DNA from: Lepidodermella squamata
Taxonomy: Eukaryota > Animalia > Gastrotricha
Direction of reading: 5' to 3'
Assembly: GCA_047495785.1 (NCBI GenBank)
Contig: JBLDXI010000012.1
Location: 372,001-436,000 of the forward strand
DNA: 64,000 nt
The position numbers and the translations under genes are program-made. Positions 1 to 13,607 of the stretch are shown here, in pieces (position 1 is the stretch's first letter; each line of letters starts with the position of its first letter). A model generated the notes under the pieces. It saw only the letters and a program-made list of their open reading frames with translations, did not search any database and was not told where the DNA came from.

Positions 1-1250
1 GGTTTCATCCTCATCAGCAGGATGGCTGGCTTCCAAGGAAAACCCGTTATCATCCTCTACGACCTCGACCTTCGACATGACACCCGTTCGTTCCCGCACA
101 TCCTCAGCGCCCTTTCTACGCCCTTCATTGGCTTGAGCGATCAAAGTCGAGTAAATGTTGGAAAAGTGAGAGTGGTCCATGTTGCTACGCATTTTGTTGG
201 AGGCTGATGGAGGGTTCACGTCAGGTTGCCCTTCGCAGCTCCAATATAGCGGATTTTCGGCACTTTTTTCAGTGTTTTTGCATCCCTGTCCATTGTTCTC
301 CAGATACATCATTAGGGTGTGCCAGCGGCGGTGGGTCCAAGCAGCCATTTCGTTCATGCCTCCAGCAAAAAAGTCTGAAAGGCAAAAAATCATGATTCAG
401 TAAAATATTCGGCAGTCACTTACCTCTGAATTGGTTTGATCCGAGAAACGGGCTCTCCTCCACGATTTTTTGGTAACGCAAGTGGAACACATTTCGCTCA
501 AAGTCAGCACCAACTTGCATGAATAGAACCGCACATCGCTTGATCATTGTCTCATTAGCGGCGACGTTCATCTTCTTGTAGATATTCAACATGTCTTGAG
601 ATGGAACGTACCACTTCAGAAGTTCGATCGTATGACCGGTTTTGTTTATGTGAATTTGCTTATCGCCTTTGAAGTAGTTCATCTCGTACAGGTTGACTAC
701 GTCACCTCCGGGGTCAGCTACGTTATGAGCGTCGCCAAAGGAACCTTTGAAATTCAGCTTGCCCATGGTATCAATGAAACCTTGATCAATTCCCAAGCTG
801 ATTGAAGCAATTTTATGATAATAAATTGGTTGAGCCGAAAATATACCTGTGCCAGATTGTATCAGCAGCGTCGTGGGCCATGATGCCTAGAAGGAAGACG
901 AGCAGTTTCTCCCCAGCTTTGTCAATATCCTTATCGGCGTATTTATCGTTGAAATAATCCAAAGCATTCAGCATGAAGGGCATCCAGTGCGATGTTTCAG
1001 CCGTGTCTCCGAATTTCCCTTTGAAGCAGATGCCAGGGTAGAATGAGTCTGGGTAGACGGTTCCAGCTCGTAGGGCGTCGGCGTGTTTCAAGGCAATTTT
1101 TCGAATGTCGAGTCCGCGGAATGTTCGGCTGAAATTTTCTAGCGCACGTAGCGCGACCTCCATGTGGGTCATCATCCCGCAAGAATCAGCCGCTCGAAAC
1201 GCGGCCAATGCCACAATTGTGGCACTAACTAGCAAGTGAAAATACTTCAT
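1..1250 (-). CDS. GPLD1: GPI-specific phospholipase D, paralog 1 (5' part; runs off the left edge)
   Basis: Signal peptide, then CGMMTHMEV, SHW, AHDAADTIWH, GIDQGFIDTM and AHNVADPGGD motifs of the Zn-dependent PLC-like catalytic domain. GT-AG introns at about 799-847 and 375-423; the frame stays open to position 1. Confidence 0.9.
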
Positions 1251-1726
1251 TTTTTTGCAGGTTTGAGAACAAGAGCCAGTTTTTTGCTTTATTTATATAC
1301 ATGGGCGGGTCGAACTAGCGTGACCCCTGTCGTCACGACAGCCGGCGTGGCAACTTTTTATCACCAGACATTATAGCTATCAAGAGTGCAACTATCAGCT
1401 ATATGAGTTTCGAACGTCATAGCTCCGTGGGAATTTCGCCTGGTGCCTGATACATGGTTTCCGAGGCCGAGATTTACCTGCCTCAGAGCCGAATCAGGCC
1501 ACCATCATAATTTTGACTTACTGGTCTTATTTCCGACAACAACATGTTTTTTGTTTTGCTTTTCAAGGTAAATGACTTGTATCGAAATGACTGTCCTTTA
1601 TACCCAAATTCCAATATTTCACCGCCCAAATTTTCGAGGCCCGAAACCACGCTACAGTATAATGAGAGACTTGCGGAAATCACATAATTTATTTGCTCAA
1701 TCATAAAATCAAAAGTTTCATAAGTT

Positions 1727-4700
1727 TCAACAGCTATCATACAGCAACATTTTTCCGGATTGTTTGCCGTAGTCATCGCTTCGAGGAGCAGAAATTATTG
1801 TTTGACTCTGAAAAGGTTAATTAAATAAGGAATTTAATTATATTTTTATTTAATATGCATTACCTTGCCATTGGCAAAGTGAAGAAGAGCCGCATTTGTA
1901 CCGAATTGCTCCTTGTTGGAACCCAGCGAGTAGGCTCTATCGGCCTGATCACTAGGGCACGGGTTAAGATCGCCACCACATGGTCGCAGCAAAATATTCG
2001 ACGGGAACGAATCCGAGCCGTAATACGCGTAAAACTCGCCAACAGCCTCGCCTTTGCCTAAATCGGTCAAATGCGGCTGTCTGACAGGCGCTCCGACGAG
2101 TAAATCGTCATAAGCGTCCCCGTTAACGTCGATAAATTGCAGGAATTGCCCGAATCTACCGTAGTGCCTGTCGCCCTTCATTTGAGCGTAAGACCCACCG
2201 CCCGGCTGGTTTCCGTTGAAGAAATAAACCGACCCGGACTGGTTCAGAGTGATCGGCACAATGCCGTAGATTTTGCCCTGGTTGTTATCCTGAGCAGCGG
2301 CGATTGCTACAACCGGAGGCTGGATTCGGCTGTTCGGGAAACCGATAGATATGCCAGAGCCGAAATTTGCGAAATTATTAGAGCCATTCGCGAAGTAATG
2401 AGTCATTTTAATAGCTAGGTCATAGCAAAATGCAGCACCGGCCATTTGCAAAACATTCGAACCCCTGAAAATGCAAAATTTGTGTCAATATTTTAGAGAA
2501 AAAAAATTAATTTACGATTTTTGGTTAGTGGCTGGCGCTCCTATCAAAATGTTACAGACGTAATTGCCCGCAGCTGAGCGAACTGGAGCGACATTAGGAG
2601 CCATAACTGGGACAGCAATAGAATAGCCAAACCAAGAATAAGGCTTAAAATTTAAAAAAAAGTCAATTTAATTCGTTATTTTGAAAAAAATGTGGCCAAC
2701 TGTTGATCCGTAAATTTGTAAATCCGAGTCTTTGAAAGGTGATAGCATGAGCCCTGATGATCGCTTTTTGCCGTAGAAAACCGAGACAAAGCCGTTTTGC
2801 CGCATTGACGACAGGGAGGATGAGTAAAACGGCGATCCGATGACCAGATCTTTTAGTCCATCGCCATTCACGTCACCAACGGTCAACGTTGTACCGAGAT
2901 TACAGTAGCGCTAGATTTAAATTGTATTTTTATTCATTATTATTTATATTTATTATTTATTATTAAAATTTTACATTTTCTGATTTTTTGCGATTTAAAA
3001 TGTTCCTCAATTGATCTTTATGATGAATCCTATAACCATAGTTCAATTCATTTTAACAACCTGGTACCTTTCAGATAGAATGTGTAATGTTTTCGAAATG
3101 TAGGATTCCAATAGGCTGACGTCATCGGAAAAAATCACTGCTTTGTAAAATCGATACCGCGAAATCTATCGGTATTTGGTTCGATAATAAAAAATTGAGA
3201 CTCGAAAAGCCGCTTTTGGTTTAATTTAGTGCTGAAACCCTAAAATAAAATAAAACACTTACCATTGCACAATCAATTGTGACATCAGGTTTGCTGCCAA
3301 ATTTACTCCTGCTGCCGTAGTAGACAAAAACCTGGAAAAAATATTATTAAAACTAGAATTTCTGGTGATTTCTCGGTTGAAATACCTGGCCTGAATAGTA
3401 GTTGCTAACAGGATCCGACGATCGAGCTGGCGCTGATACGACAAGATCGGGCTGGCCATCGGCATTAAAATCTACAACAGCCGTAGCGTAACCAAAGCGA
3501 CCACGGCCTTCAAAAGGCGCAGAAATGACAAAATCGGCGGTTTCAAGGTCGTATAATTTAAGCGGCAAGCCGGCGGCGGCGCCGAGAACAACAAAAACGC
3601 GGCCCTCTTCGAAGCGGTTGTCAAGGCTGTAACCAGGCACGCCTACGATCAGGTCGTCATACTTGTCTAGATTTACATCAGCAGACACGAGAGACTGGCC
3701 GATTGATGAGTAGGTCTTCTCAACGAAATATGTGTAAGAGTTGCATTGAGCTGGCTTTTCAGGTGATTTAGGCTGTTTCGCAGGCTTTTTATCAGCAATT
3801 TTCGGCTTCAAATAAACGGCTCCACTTTGCGGTACCTCAACGACCTCGATTTCAGTCGCTGGTTTATTTTTGATTCGCCGACTTTCCTCGGCGGTTCTAC
3901 GTAGTTTTTGCATGACCAGCCGCTTGTTTTCCACATGCGAGTGCAAATTGTGGCCCGGGAGTTCGAATGACGGCGGCTTGACCGGCGTCTGGTTGCCGCA
4001 TACCCAATAAATCGGGTTGTTTGAACCACCAATAACCGTGCAATTTTTACCCGCATTTTCGAGGTACATAAAAGCAGTCAACCACCGATTCAAAACCCAG
4101 TTAGCCATATCGTTCAAGCCGCCAATGAAAAAATCTAAGAAGAAAATGTTAAATGAGTCTTTTGATTTTATACTTTCTAATCACCTCTAAGTTGTGCTGT
4201 GAGGAAAGGACTTTCCGCTGCGGTTTTCGGGTACAGAAGGTCGAAAGTGTCCCGCTCGGCATCGGCGCCAATCTGCATGAGATCGACCGCGCAAGTTTGG
4301 ACAATAGTCTTGTTGAAAGGGATTCCAAGGTTAGTATAGATGTTCAATACGTCCTGAATCGGGACGTACCACCTGTAAAAAAATTGTTGAAAATATCAGG
4401 GAAAATTGCAGGTCGTACCGAAGATTTCCGACACTTTGATAAGTTGTAGGATAGAAAAGTTCGTAAAGATTGACCACGTCACCTCCAGGGTCGGCAACTG
4501 AATGAGCTGAACCGCCGTTGCCTAAGAAATTAACGTTTCCCATGGTATCGATGAAACCCTGGTCGATGCCCAGGCTGTGCCACGGGATATCGGCGACATC
4601 GTGCGCGATATTGCCCATAAGAAAAGTCAGCAGTTTTTCCCCGTCGTCATCAATCGGCGTGTTGTTGTACTTTTTATTGAAGTAATCCAGCGCCGGGCCA

Positions 4701-5085
4701 ATATAGTCCATCCAATGCGTTGTTTCGCTCACCTGATGATAAGCTCCTGATTGATATTGAAATTCAGATCTCATATTCGTAGCTCTCTATTAACCTTTAT
4801 AACATTCGTTATCGTAGTACGAATCGGGATAGACAGCTCCTGTATGAAGGGCGTCGGTGTGGCGGTTAGCCATCGCTCGAATGTCGATCCCTCGATAGGT
4901 TACGTTCAAATTTTCCAGTGCTCGAAAAGCTGTCGGTTAAAAAATTTGGCAAAAATTATTCATCCATCGGATTTGTTGTAAAACCTACCGATTTCCATGT
5001 GGGTCATCATCCCGCAGCCAGAGATTGGCCCCACATGGTTCGCGAAACAAACGAGCCCTAATATTAGGCCCAACGAAAATTGCAT
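1727..5085 (-). CDS. GPLD1: GPI-specific phospholipase D, paralog 2 (multi-exon, complete)
   Basis: ATG at 5085 (MQFSLGLILGLVCF...CGMMTHMEI). Catalytic His motifs THW, AHDVADIPWH and AHSVAD are followed by FG-GAP/integrin-alpha repeats (DVNLDKYDDLIVG, DFNADGQPDLVVS, DVNGDGLKDLVIG, DVNGDAYDDLLVG). The last exon QTIISAPRSDDYGK...DSC ends at TGA 1727-1729. Confidence 0.9.
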
Positions 5086-5305
5086 ATTTTGTGCCACCCA
5101 GAAATATTATAAATAAAGCAGCGGACCCACCGGAAAATCCTGCTCAGTGTTATCTTATCCATTTTATTTCCAGGATCCATATCTCGCGAGAATTAAACCG
5201 ATATACGAACCGTTGTGTTTATTTAAACGATATCAAAAGAGCAACTGCAACAGTAAAGCGGATGGCCAAAAAGATGGCCTGAAAAATGGAGATCAGAATT
5301 TTGAG

Positions 5306-8300
5306 TCAATTGTCAACAGATGAAACCATCAATGAAAAAGGCGGGGAATATTCGAAAATAGAAACGAGTCCAGCTTGCCGACCGAACCGATCAGCACGCT
5401 CAGCAGAAACAACGATTAAGGCGTAATTTTCAAATGTCAAACAAGCAACGTTTGAGCCGAATTGGGCTTTGTTCAATCCGATTGAAAACACGGAATCAGC
5501 TTGGTCTTCTGGGCATGGTTCAACTGAACCATAGCAGCGTTTCCGAAGTGATGATTTAGGGAAATCTTGTCTGCTACTGCCGTAGAATAGAAATAGCTCG
5601 CCAACTGCTTGAGCGTCATCATTCGGGTAAGTCAAATCCGGCTGACGTACAGGTGCGCCAACAAATAGATCATCGAATCCATCTTGATTCAAATCAGTAA
5701 ACTGAAAATCGATAAGATAAATCGGGGAAAATTAGTTAAAATAATGTCAACCTTAACAAATCGACCAAATGCACTAAAATGGCGATCGCCGGCGAAGTTT
5801 CCAACAAGAACTCCGTTTGATTCGAACACATAAACAGATCCGGATTGCTTCAAGTTCAACGGAATCGTTCGAAAATGAGTTCCGTTGTTACCTTTCGGGA
5901 TGAATCTTTAAAATCTTTACATTTCATTTCAATCTCATACTTTCGTCAGGTGCCGAAATAGCGATTAGAGGTGCTGAATTTCGGCCGTTTGGGAACCCGA
6001 AACTTAGAGATTCGCCGAAATTACCAAACTCTTGAGATCCATTTGCAAATATTTTCAACGAGAGATTTTTTAATTTGAAACAATAAACAGCGCCAGCCAT
6101 TTGCAGCTTAATATTGCTGTATAAAATTTCAAAATTGATTCTATCATTTTTTCGATTTTTGCTCACTTCGCAACAATATTTTGAGCTGGAGCGCCAATTA
6201 ATAAGTTGCACTCGAGGGTTGAAATAGCCGAGTATCCAAACCATGAATAAGGCTGTAGAATAATAAACCAAATTAATGCAAAATGCATGGTTATCCGCTA
6301 ACTTTTGGCCCCCATACAACAATATCCGGCCGTTTACTGCGTTCCGGCCCGCTGAAGAACACATGAACCAGGCCGTTTTGGCGTTTCGCGTCATCGTCAA
6401 ACGACTGCGTGGCATACGGAGAGCCGACAATTAGATCTGCGAGGCCGTCGCCATTAACATCGCCAGTCGATAGCGAAGAGCCATAATTGCAGTAGCGCTG
6501 ATGTATTCGAGAAACAACAACGCAGGATTAGCATACAATTATCGCGCGAAGCGACAACCCGCATTACAAATTGTATTACAAATATAGTAACGAACCAATT
6601 TGCAATCGATCGCCAAGTCTGGCTGGTCGGCGAAACGATGAGCGCCGTAATAAACAAATACTTTGCCGGAATAAATCGCATTTGTCGCATCTTCAGTGTA
6701 AAGTGGAGCCGATATTGCGAAATCCAGTAGCGTGTCGTTGTTCAAATCCAAAATAGCGACTGATTCGCCGAAGCGTGACGACATGAAAGTGCCGCGGGGC
6801 GGCTCGAAGGTTATATTCGCGATTTTCGTCAAATCTTGATCGCCTCGAGGCAGGCCGCTTTTCGAGCCGAAAACCACAAAAACACGACCCTCTTGAAATC
6901 GATTATCCAGGCTGAAACCTGGCGAGCCGATAATTAGATCAGGGAAACCATCGTGATTCACATCGGCTTCAATTAAAACGTGGCCAGTCATTGAATAAGG
7001 CCTTGGTACAGCATAATTTCCCCAAGTTTCATTCACAATATTTCTTCTGAGATCATCAACGCTTAAATCACGAAATGAAGTCTTGTTAGCGGAAAATCGA
7101 TTGGAGAATTTCAATTTTAGCTTCCGAAATTCCGTGAGGGTCATTGGTGAATATTTAGGTGGTGTTATTGGCGGCTCGTTACCACATATCCAGTAAATAG
7201 GGTTTATTCCGCTTTTTTCGGTATTAGTGCAATTAGTTTCACCCGCGAGGTACTTGAAAGCTGTAGTCCAGCGGCGCATGGTCCATGCGGACATTTCATT
7301 AACACCGCCGAGAAAGTAATCTGAGAAAAATTGACAGAGTAGAGAATAACAAGTTTTTCATAATTATTTTCTACCGGTGAAACGCGGCGAGCTGAGGAAA
7401 ACACTGCGAGCCGCAAACACGGGGTACAAACTCTGGAAAATTTCCAGTTCACCAGCCGACTCAAGCTGCATCAAGTCGACGGCGCATGTTTGAATTACAG
7501 TTTCGCTCAAATTAATGCCCATTTTTCGATAAATTGCTAAGAGACTGTCAACAGGAACAAACCACTTCTGAGGCATTTCATCGCTATACAGACCATTTTC
7601 GAGCTCATACAAGCTAACTGAATCGCCTCCTTACGAAATAAATACGCGAAAATAAATAAGGCGGACGTTGAATAGGAGAAAATACCTGGGTCCGCGACGG
7701 AATGGGCCACTTGATAATTTCCGTGAAAATTCATGTTAGCCATAGTGTCAATAAAGCCTTGATCGATATCAAGACTGTGCCAAAGAACGTCAGCGACATC
7801 GTGGGATATAATGCCAAGAGTAAAGACCAACAATTTCCGCCCAGCCTGAATTGTTCTTATAACTTTCTGCGCATTTGGCCTCAACTTCATCAAACCTCAT
7901 CAATAGCTTCTGCGGCGTATTTTTCTTTGATGAAATCTAGCGCGGCCAATATGAAATTCATCCAATGAGTGGTTTCTGAGTTATCGTGATATTTTCCTGA
8001 AATTTCAACTTAGTATAAAAAATAGTGTTTGAAATTTTTTCGAAACCGAAATAGCATTCATCGCTGTAAAAGGAGTCTGGAAACACAGAGCCTGCCCTCA
8101 GGGCCTCCGGGTATTGCCGGATAGCCTGTCGCACATCGACGCCCTTGTACGTCACGTTGAAATACTCAGCAGCCCGATATGCTGAGTTGATATCATGGGA
8201 TGCGAATGAATTTAGCTAATTAGCATACAAAAATACCAATCTCATTATGCGTCAAAGAGCCGCAATTCCAGCTGTTTTTCGTGAAAATTATCAGCGTGAC

Positions 8301-8336
8301 CACGCTGACTGTTGATATTGCATTCGCCAGGTGCAT
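5306..8336 (-). CDS. GPLD1: GPI-specific phospholipase D, paralog 3 (multi-exon, complete)
   Basis: ATG at 8336 (MHLANAISTVSVVTLIIF...CGSLTHNEI). SHDVADVLWH and AHSVAD motifs, and FG-GAP repeats (DVNHDGFPDLIIG, DLNNDTLLDFAIS, DVNGDGLADLIVG, DLNQDGFDDLFVG). Stop at 5306. Confidence 0.88.
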
Positions 8337-9940
8337 TTCATACAGGTAACAGTCTACATTCGAACAAAATGAATGTATGACTAACTGCTACGTTTTCGTT
8401 CTTCCGCAGCGCGCTAAACATTTATTTTCGTTGCTATTTACTGAACATAATTGGAGCGATTATTGTTCGAAACAAAAACAACAACGCGAACTTTGATTTA
8501 TCGATCGGTTTCATATAGTTTTAATTAACAAGCACGCACCCATTACATTTAGCATATGTCATCATAGACCCACAATTACTATCTGAAATAATATTTAATA
8601 ATTTCATAATTACAATAATTGATATAGATTTTTTCAGCAATTATTTGATGAGACACAGCGGAGACGTTATTTCATATACATTCATATACCCCATAAAGAA
8701 GAAGAAGCGAACACAATTTACATGATTATAATCATTTCCTTGAACTGATACGATGAAACACACACGCACAAAGGGAACACGGCAGCCACCTTAATAACTT
8801 TCAAGTGCGGTTGTGTGCCTTTCCTGTTAGAGCGGCAAGACACAAAAGTGCAATCCTATTATTCGTTTTGTTTCGGTAGTAGAAGAATCGTGGCAATTTT
8901 TCAAGCGGTTCAGCTCAAAGTTCAGACGCACAAAACTATGCTTTACATATAGCATATCACTATTTGTCTGCATAACATAAAGATAATTCGATGGAACGCT
9001 TCTGTGGCAACAAAGATAACATATAGCGTGTCAAAGCAAGATAAGCGATGATTTTTGCATGCAAGTGTTTTTCTACACTTCAGAAAGAGAGAGAAAGCAT
9101 CTGATGGAAACTCAAGAAGAAAGATAGTCTACAAAGAATCGTGTAAATTCGATTTGTTTTACTTTGCGTAACCGGTATATTGGGAAGAAGAGATGACTTC
9201 TACTGTAAAGAAGAAGAAGCTTACTCATTCATTAGAATTGCATGTTGTAACAAGTCACAGCATCATAAACTATTTTATTTGTTCTTTCAAAATCATTTGT
9301 ATCCAACATAAATACATCAACTAGCCGTTGTTTGGTAGTGTCAGAAGAGCTAAAAGCTAGGTAGTGCAGTAATAGCATGCTCGGCAAATTTCGCGCGCAG
9401 AAATAATCATCTTCTACACGTACACAATTTTATCCATAAGTATTGTATAACAAAATTACGCACAAACTCAAAGACCGTGAAAGCCATAGCACTTTTTAAC
9501 AAGAGCAACATCACTGGGCATTTTCTGCCTGCCACACGAGAAAACGAACGCTAGACTTTTAAAGAAGAAGAAAAATAATAATAACGAAACACTGGTTGCA
9601 TAGAAATTCTGCTCTGCTATAGTGTTATTTGCTCATTTTGAATGATGGTTTCTACAGGATTTAAATGTGCTGGATATCAAATGTGTGCTGCTTCTTGGCA
9701 TTTGATTCTTCAGTGTTTTATGCTTAGCATGCAATATGGGAGGACAGAGTCTACAACACTTAGGAGGAAGAGAAATCTAGAGATGAGAAGAAACTGATCG
9801 ATGATGAAAGGCTCTGCCGAATCGTTGAATAGCTGATTTTTCATGTTTCAAGTTATGGCGATGAGTAGCTAAGCGGTTAACGATGGCGTTAAAGTTTAAC
9901 AGTTCTTTTACAGCTGGAAAACGACAACACAACTCCTTGT

Positions 9941-10439
9941 TTAATAGCCGTTGCTTTGCAAGTAGTCGCACAGCTTAGCGACGGAGTCAGAGCAGCCACC
10001 GCCTTGATCCTTCTCGCCGTAGATACCAACGACGACGGTTTGCTTCGATTTGGCGAATGTCGCTCCGCCGGTGCTGCCTGTTAACAGTTGTTAATCTTGT
10101 TATTGATTGATGGCTTCACTATTTATGAATTAATCACCTTTCCTGAGCTGGATCATCCAGCCGAAGGGATATTCATCCTTGCGAACGAAGACATATTTCT
10201 CGTTGGCCAGCTTGAACCCTTGGTGCAACTTATCATCGCTGCTGTTGAGAACGTATTGAATTTCGGCAGGTTGGATCTTAAGCAAACGAAAACCATACAA
10301 ACCGCCATCCAAATGTAGCTTAACTACTTACCTTGACTTCGGGAGACGCAGCCCAGACGTTGCCATCTAGACCATGAATTGAACCGTAGGAGACGTTGCC
10401 GTAGCCCTTCAAAGTGTCGATATAAGCGTTCCAAGACAT
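9941..10439 (-). CDS. PFN: Profilin (3 exons)
   Basis: Spliced translation MSWNAYIDTLKGYGNVSYGSIHGLDGNVWAAS...GFKLANEKYVFVR...GGATFAKSKQTVVVGIY...VAKLCDYLQSNGY* has the classic profilin N- and C-termini. Confidence 0.93.
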
Positions 10440-13400
10440 GATGATAGAGTGAATAAAAAACGGAGCCTTAACTCACAACTATAAAAATAAATGGGCAATC
10501 AAATAATATTTATTATTCGTGGGTAAAAAAGGTAGTATTTATGGCAAGGGATCGGGCCTCTGACGATACAGCGCTGAGCGATACCTTAGTACTTATATGC
10601 ATGCGCGCACTGATGCCGTAAAGATGACCATAACAACATGAGAATCGTTAGGCAAAGAAGCGAGCGAAAAGGGCAATGCAAGATAAACAAATCGATTATT
10701 ATATGCTATACCTATAAGCAAAAGCTAAGATCGTTTTGGAGCCGCATGGCTGTTGAAATGCGAGTTAGCGATCATACACGACTCATAGACTTGATTTTTC
10801 AAAGAACTAGCCGCTATTGAACCAATCTTTGCAGCATCGAGCGCCGTGCTCAAAACTCTGCTATGCTACATGATTCGGGAGTAGCATGAGAATTTATTGA
10901 GAAAATCTACTTGCCATGCATCAGTCTCTTACTAAGTAAAATTAGCTTGAGACAATAACGTTTTTAATCACTTGTATTAGGTATATTATAACGTTGTCGA
11001 GGCCTGAAGTTAACCTGAAGAGGCAAAAAATATTTATACGCGACTTCGCTAACAGTACAGCGGAGTGTAACACCTGGCCAGGATATACGATGACGACATG
11101 AAAGAAATAATTCGTACACCCCAAGATTTACTTTTGCAAATTTTTGACCGCTCAACTTCTCATTGAAACGAAATCCTCAGAAGCGATGATAGGTATGACA
11201 TGTAACAGTTCAGAATCCAACGCAACGATTATCGCTCTGGAAGAACAAAAATTACATAGCGTTATTGCTTAAGAATAGCGAAAAAACACGGACTTCACAC
11301 GTCACACTAAGCATGCAGGATGCCATCTATAAAATCCGAATCTAACATAGCCGGGTTCGCAAATACATTGATGATCGGAGATCAAGTCCAAACACCTCAA
11401 CTTGAGAGGAGAGACTCGAAGAGGACAATTAAAATCGAATTCAGGCATTTATAGGAGCCTGTAAAATTCTGGTGTCAACATGTTTCAAGCTCAGTTCAAT
11501 CTCGTAATAAGAAAAGAAAATTCCCCACGAATCTGAGTTTGATACATTTATAAACCTGTACGATGGACGAATTCGAAACAGAGCTTTACCTTGGATGCCT
11601 GTGAATTACTCGCAGATGGCTGTGTGATAAGATGTCTACAATAGCCAATAGCGTAATTCTGAACGAATGCTGAACGTAAGGCCAATCAAGAGAAGGCAGA
11701 ATTCAAGCATTGATTGACGCGACACACGAAATCTCGCCATTGAAAGATGGTATGAGCAGTATGCCAGGTGATTTCACTCGAATACATGAATAAAAAAGGA
11801 ACACGCCGAGCAGATTAGTTTCCTCTAAAAGCGGGATTTCCAGCGTGCAGTGGGGTTGGAACTACAACGCTGAAATATTCTAGACTCCTTACTCCTTGGC
11901 TTGTTTGGCTCAGGGAGAACAGAGAAAATTCTGAATCCGCAAGAAGCTTCAGGTAACAGTCAACAGCGAAACGACGCCGACAAACAGCAAACAAAAACCA
12001 TTTCGGCCGACCAACGCGCGGGAACATAAATTTGCAACCTCGACATGCATATTTTTTATTTCACAATTTCGTTATTCAAAATTAAAAGACAAACTTTCAA
12101 ATAAATTATGCTACCATGACAACAACGACGCTTATCAGCTGCGCATCGACTAGGAACGCTGCAGGAAGAAACCGATTAGGGGTGTTTCCTCAATGCTCAA
12201 GTATTACATCGGCAAACTGGCTACTGAGCTTTTATATCCATCCATTCATCTAGTGCTGCATACAACGAAAACATGTTGCCTTGTCGGATAAAATCCCTTA
12301 TATGCCATTCCTTTTGCATGGCATAGTTTTCACTTTGGTCTCTCTTTAATGGCAGCCGAAGGTAGCTTCTTCTGGCTAAAATGGGAGGAAAAAACTTATA
12401 ACAACTGCAACTTACAATAGTTGAAAACGATGATAATAAAGAGCTGCATTTTTATGAAACTCTTCGTGTCATATCGGTGATTCACAGTAAATGTCTCGGT
12501 TTTAAATGATATTTACCATGTTTCATCCAGCTATTACTGTCTATTACTGCCACTCTTTATCAAAATCATACCCTCAGATTAATTAATTTTCATTAAGCTA
12601 GGAAAATAATATTGAATCATGGATAGAGTGGGTTGCTCTCCCCACTCGTCAACCTACCTCAACATGTTTGAATTTTAAGATGATGTGATTTGAGGCGGAA
12701 GATCATTTCATTCATAAATCGCGGCGTTCTACTTGAAGACCACTTTGTAACCCACCAGTGTCATATTTATCTTGCGCTATCATCGTCGCCCATATGAGAC
12801 CGTCCACAAGAAGAGGGATTTTTTAATGTTTGTCTTTAAGTGTCCGAGCATAGTTCTTGCTTTGAATTTGGCTCATCTCACAATTGTGCAGGTTTTGTTC
12901 CCTTTCCTAGCGTACAGTTTCAAGTGGTGGCAGACCGCTCTGATTATTCAACTCCGTGCAAATATAAGGCGCCGCGTGCAGTACTATAGGACGCCGCGTC
13001 TTCCGGAATATCAGATAAAAATTGAATTTTTTAATGAGGTGGAAAGACTTACCTACTTGATGTTTCGCTAAATAACGTAGAACGGAGAATATTCACACTT
13101 TTTCCTCATTATTTAGGTATAGCCAGCGTATAAATGGCGTAACAGTCAATTGATATTTTTTTTACATTCGGTCGCAATGCTTGGACAAAATGTCTATCTT
13201 GATACGGGCGCGCGACAGGTGGCCGTAGTGGGGCCTACAGAATACAGCTAAAGTGAGGCACAGCTAGCTAGAATATAGCTCAAAACCTTTCATGTGTTGC
13301 TCATTTTTTGTCGAAGATAATTCTAAAGCTCCGAATGTTGCAAATTTTGGGGTTGTCCTCGAGTAGGATTTTTATATTTATATCATTATTCTTCGGACTT

Positions 13401-13607
13401 GGCGAAGCAAATTAGCTATATCACACTTAACTTTTCAAACAAATAACAAATTAAGGCATTTAAATTTGGTTCCTCGAAAAACTCTCATAAATATATTCCC
13501 CTGCGTTAAGTCAATAAGTTAATCCCAAGTTTATCAATACATGAATATTAAATGTCTAGCGCCTAGTTAATTGAAATAAAGCGCTAAACGCTCCAGATAA
13601 CTGCATT

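Noticed and set aside
1483-1776. 97-aa ORF downstream of GPLD1 paralog 2
   Set aside because: Overlaps the true last exon in another frame and runs into 3' UTR or intergenic DNA; no motif.
10600-13500. Short ORFs and scattered minus-strand splice-like signals between profilin and LRRC23
   Set aside because: No coherent reading frame or homology motif could be assembled; a lncRNA or UTR exons are possible but unsupported.
13553-13571. Possible X-box upstream of LRRC23
   Set aside because: GCGCCTAGTTAAT is too poor a match to the RFX consensus to call.
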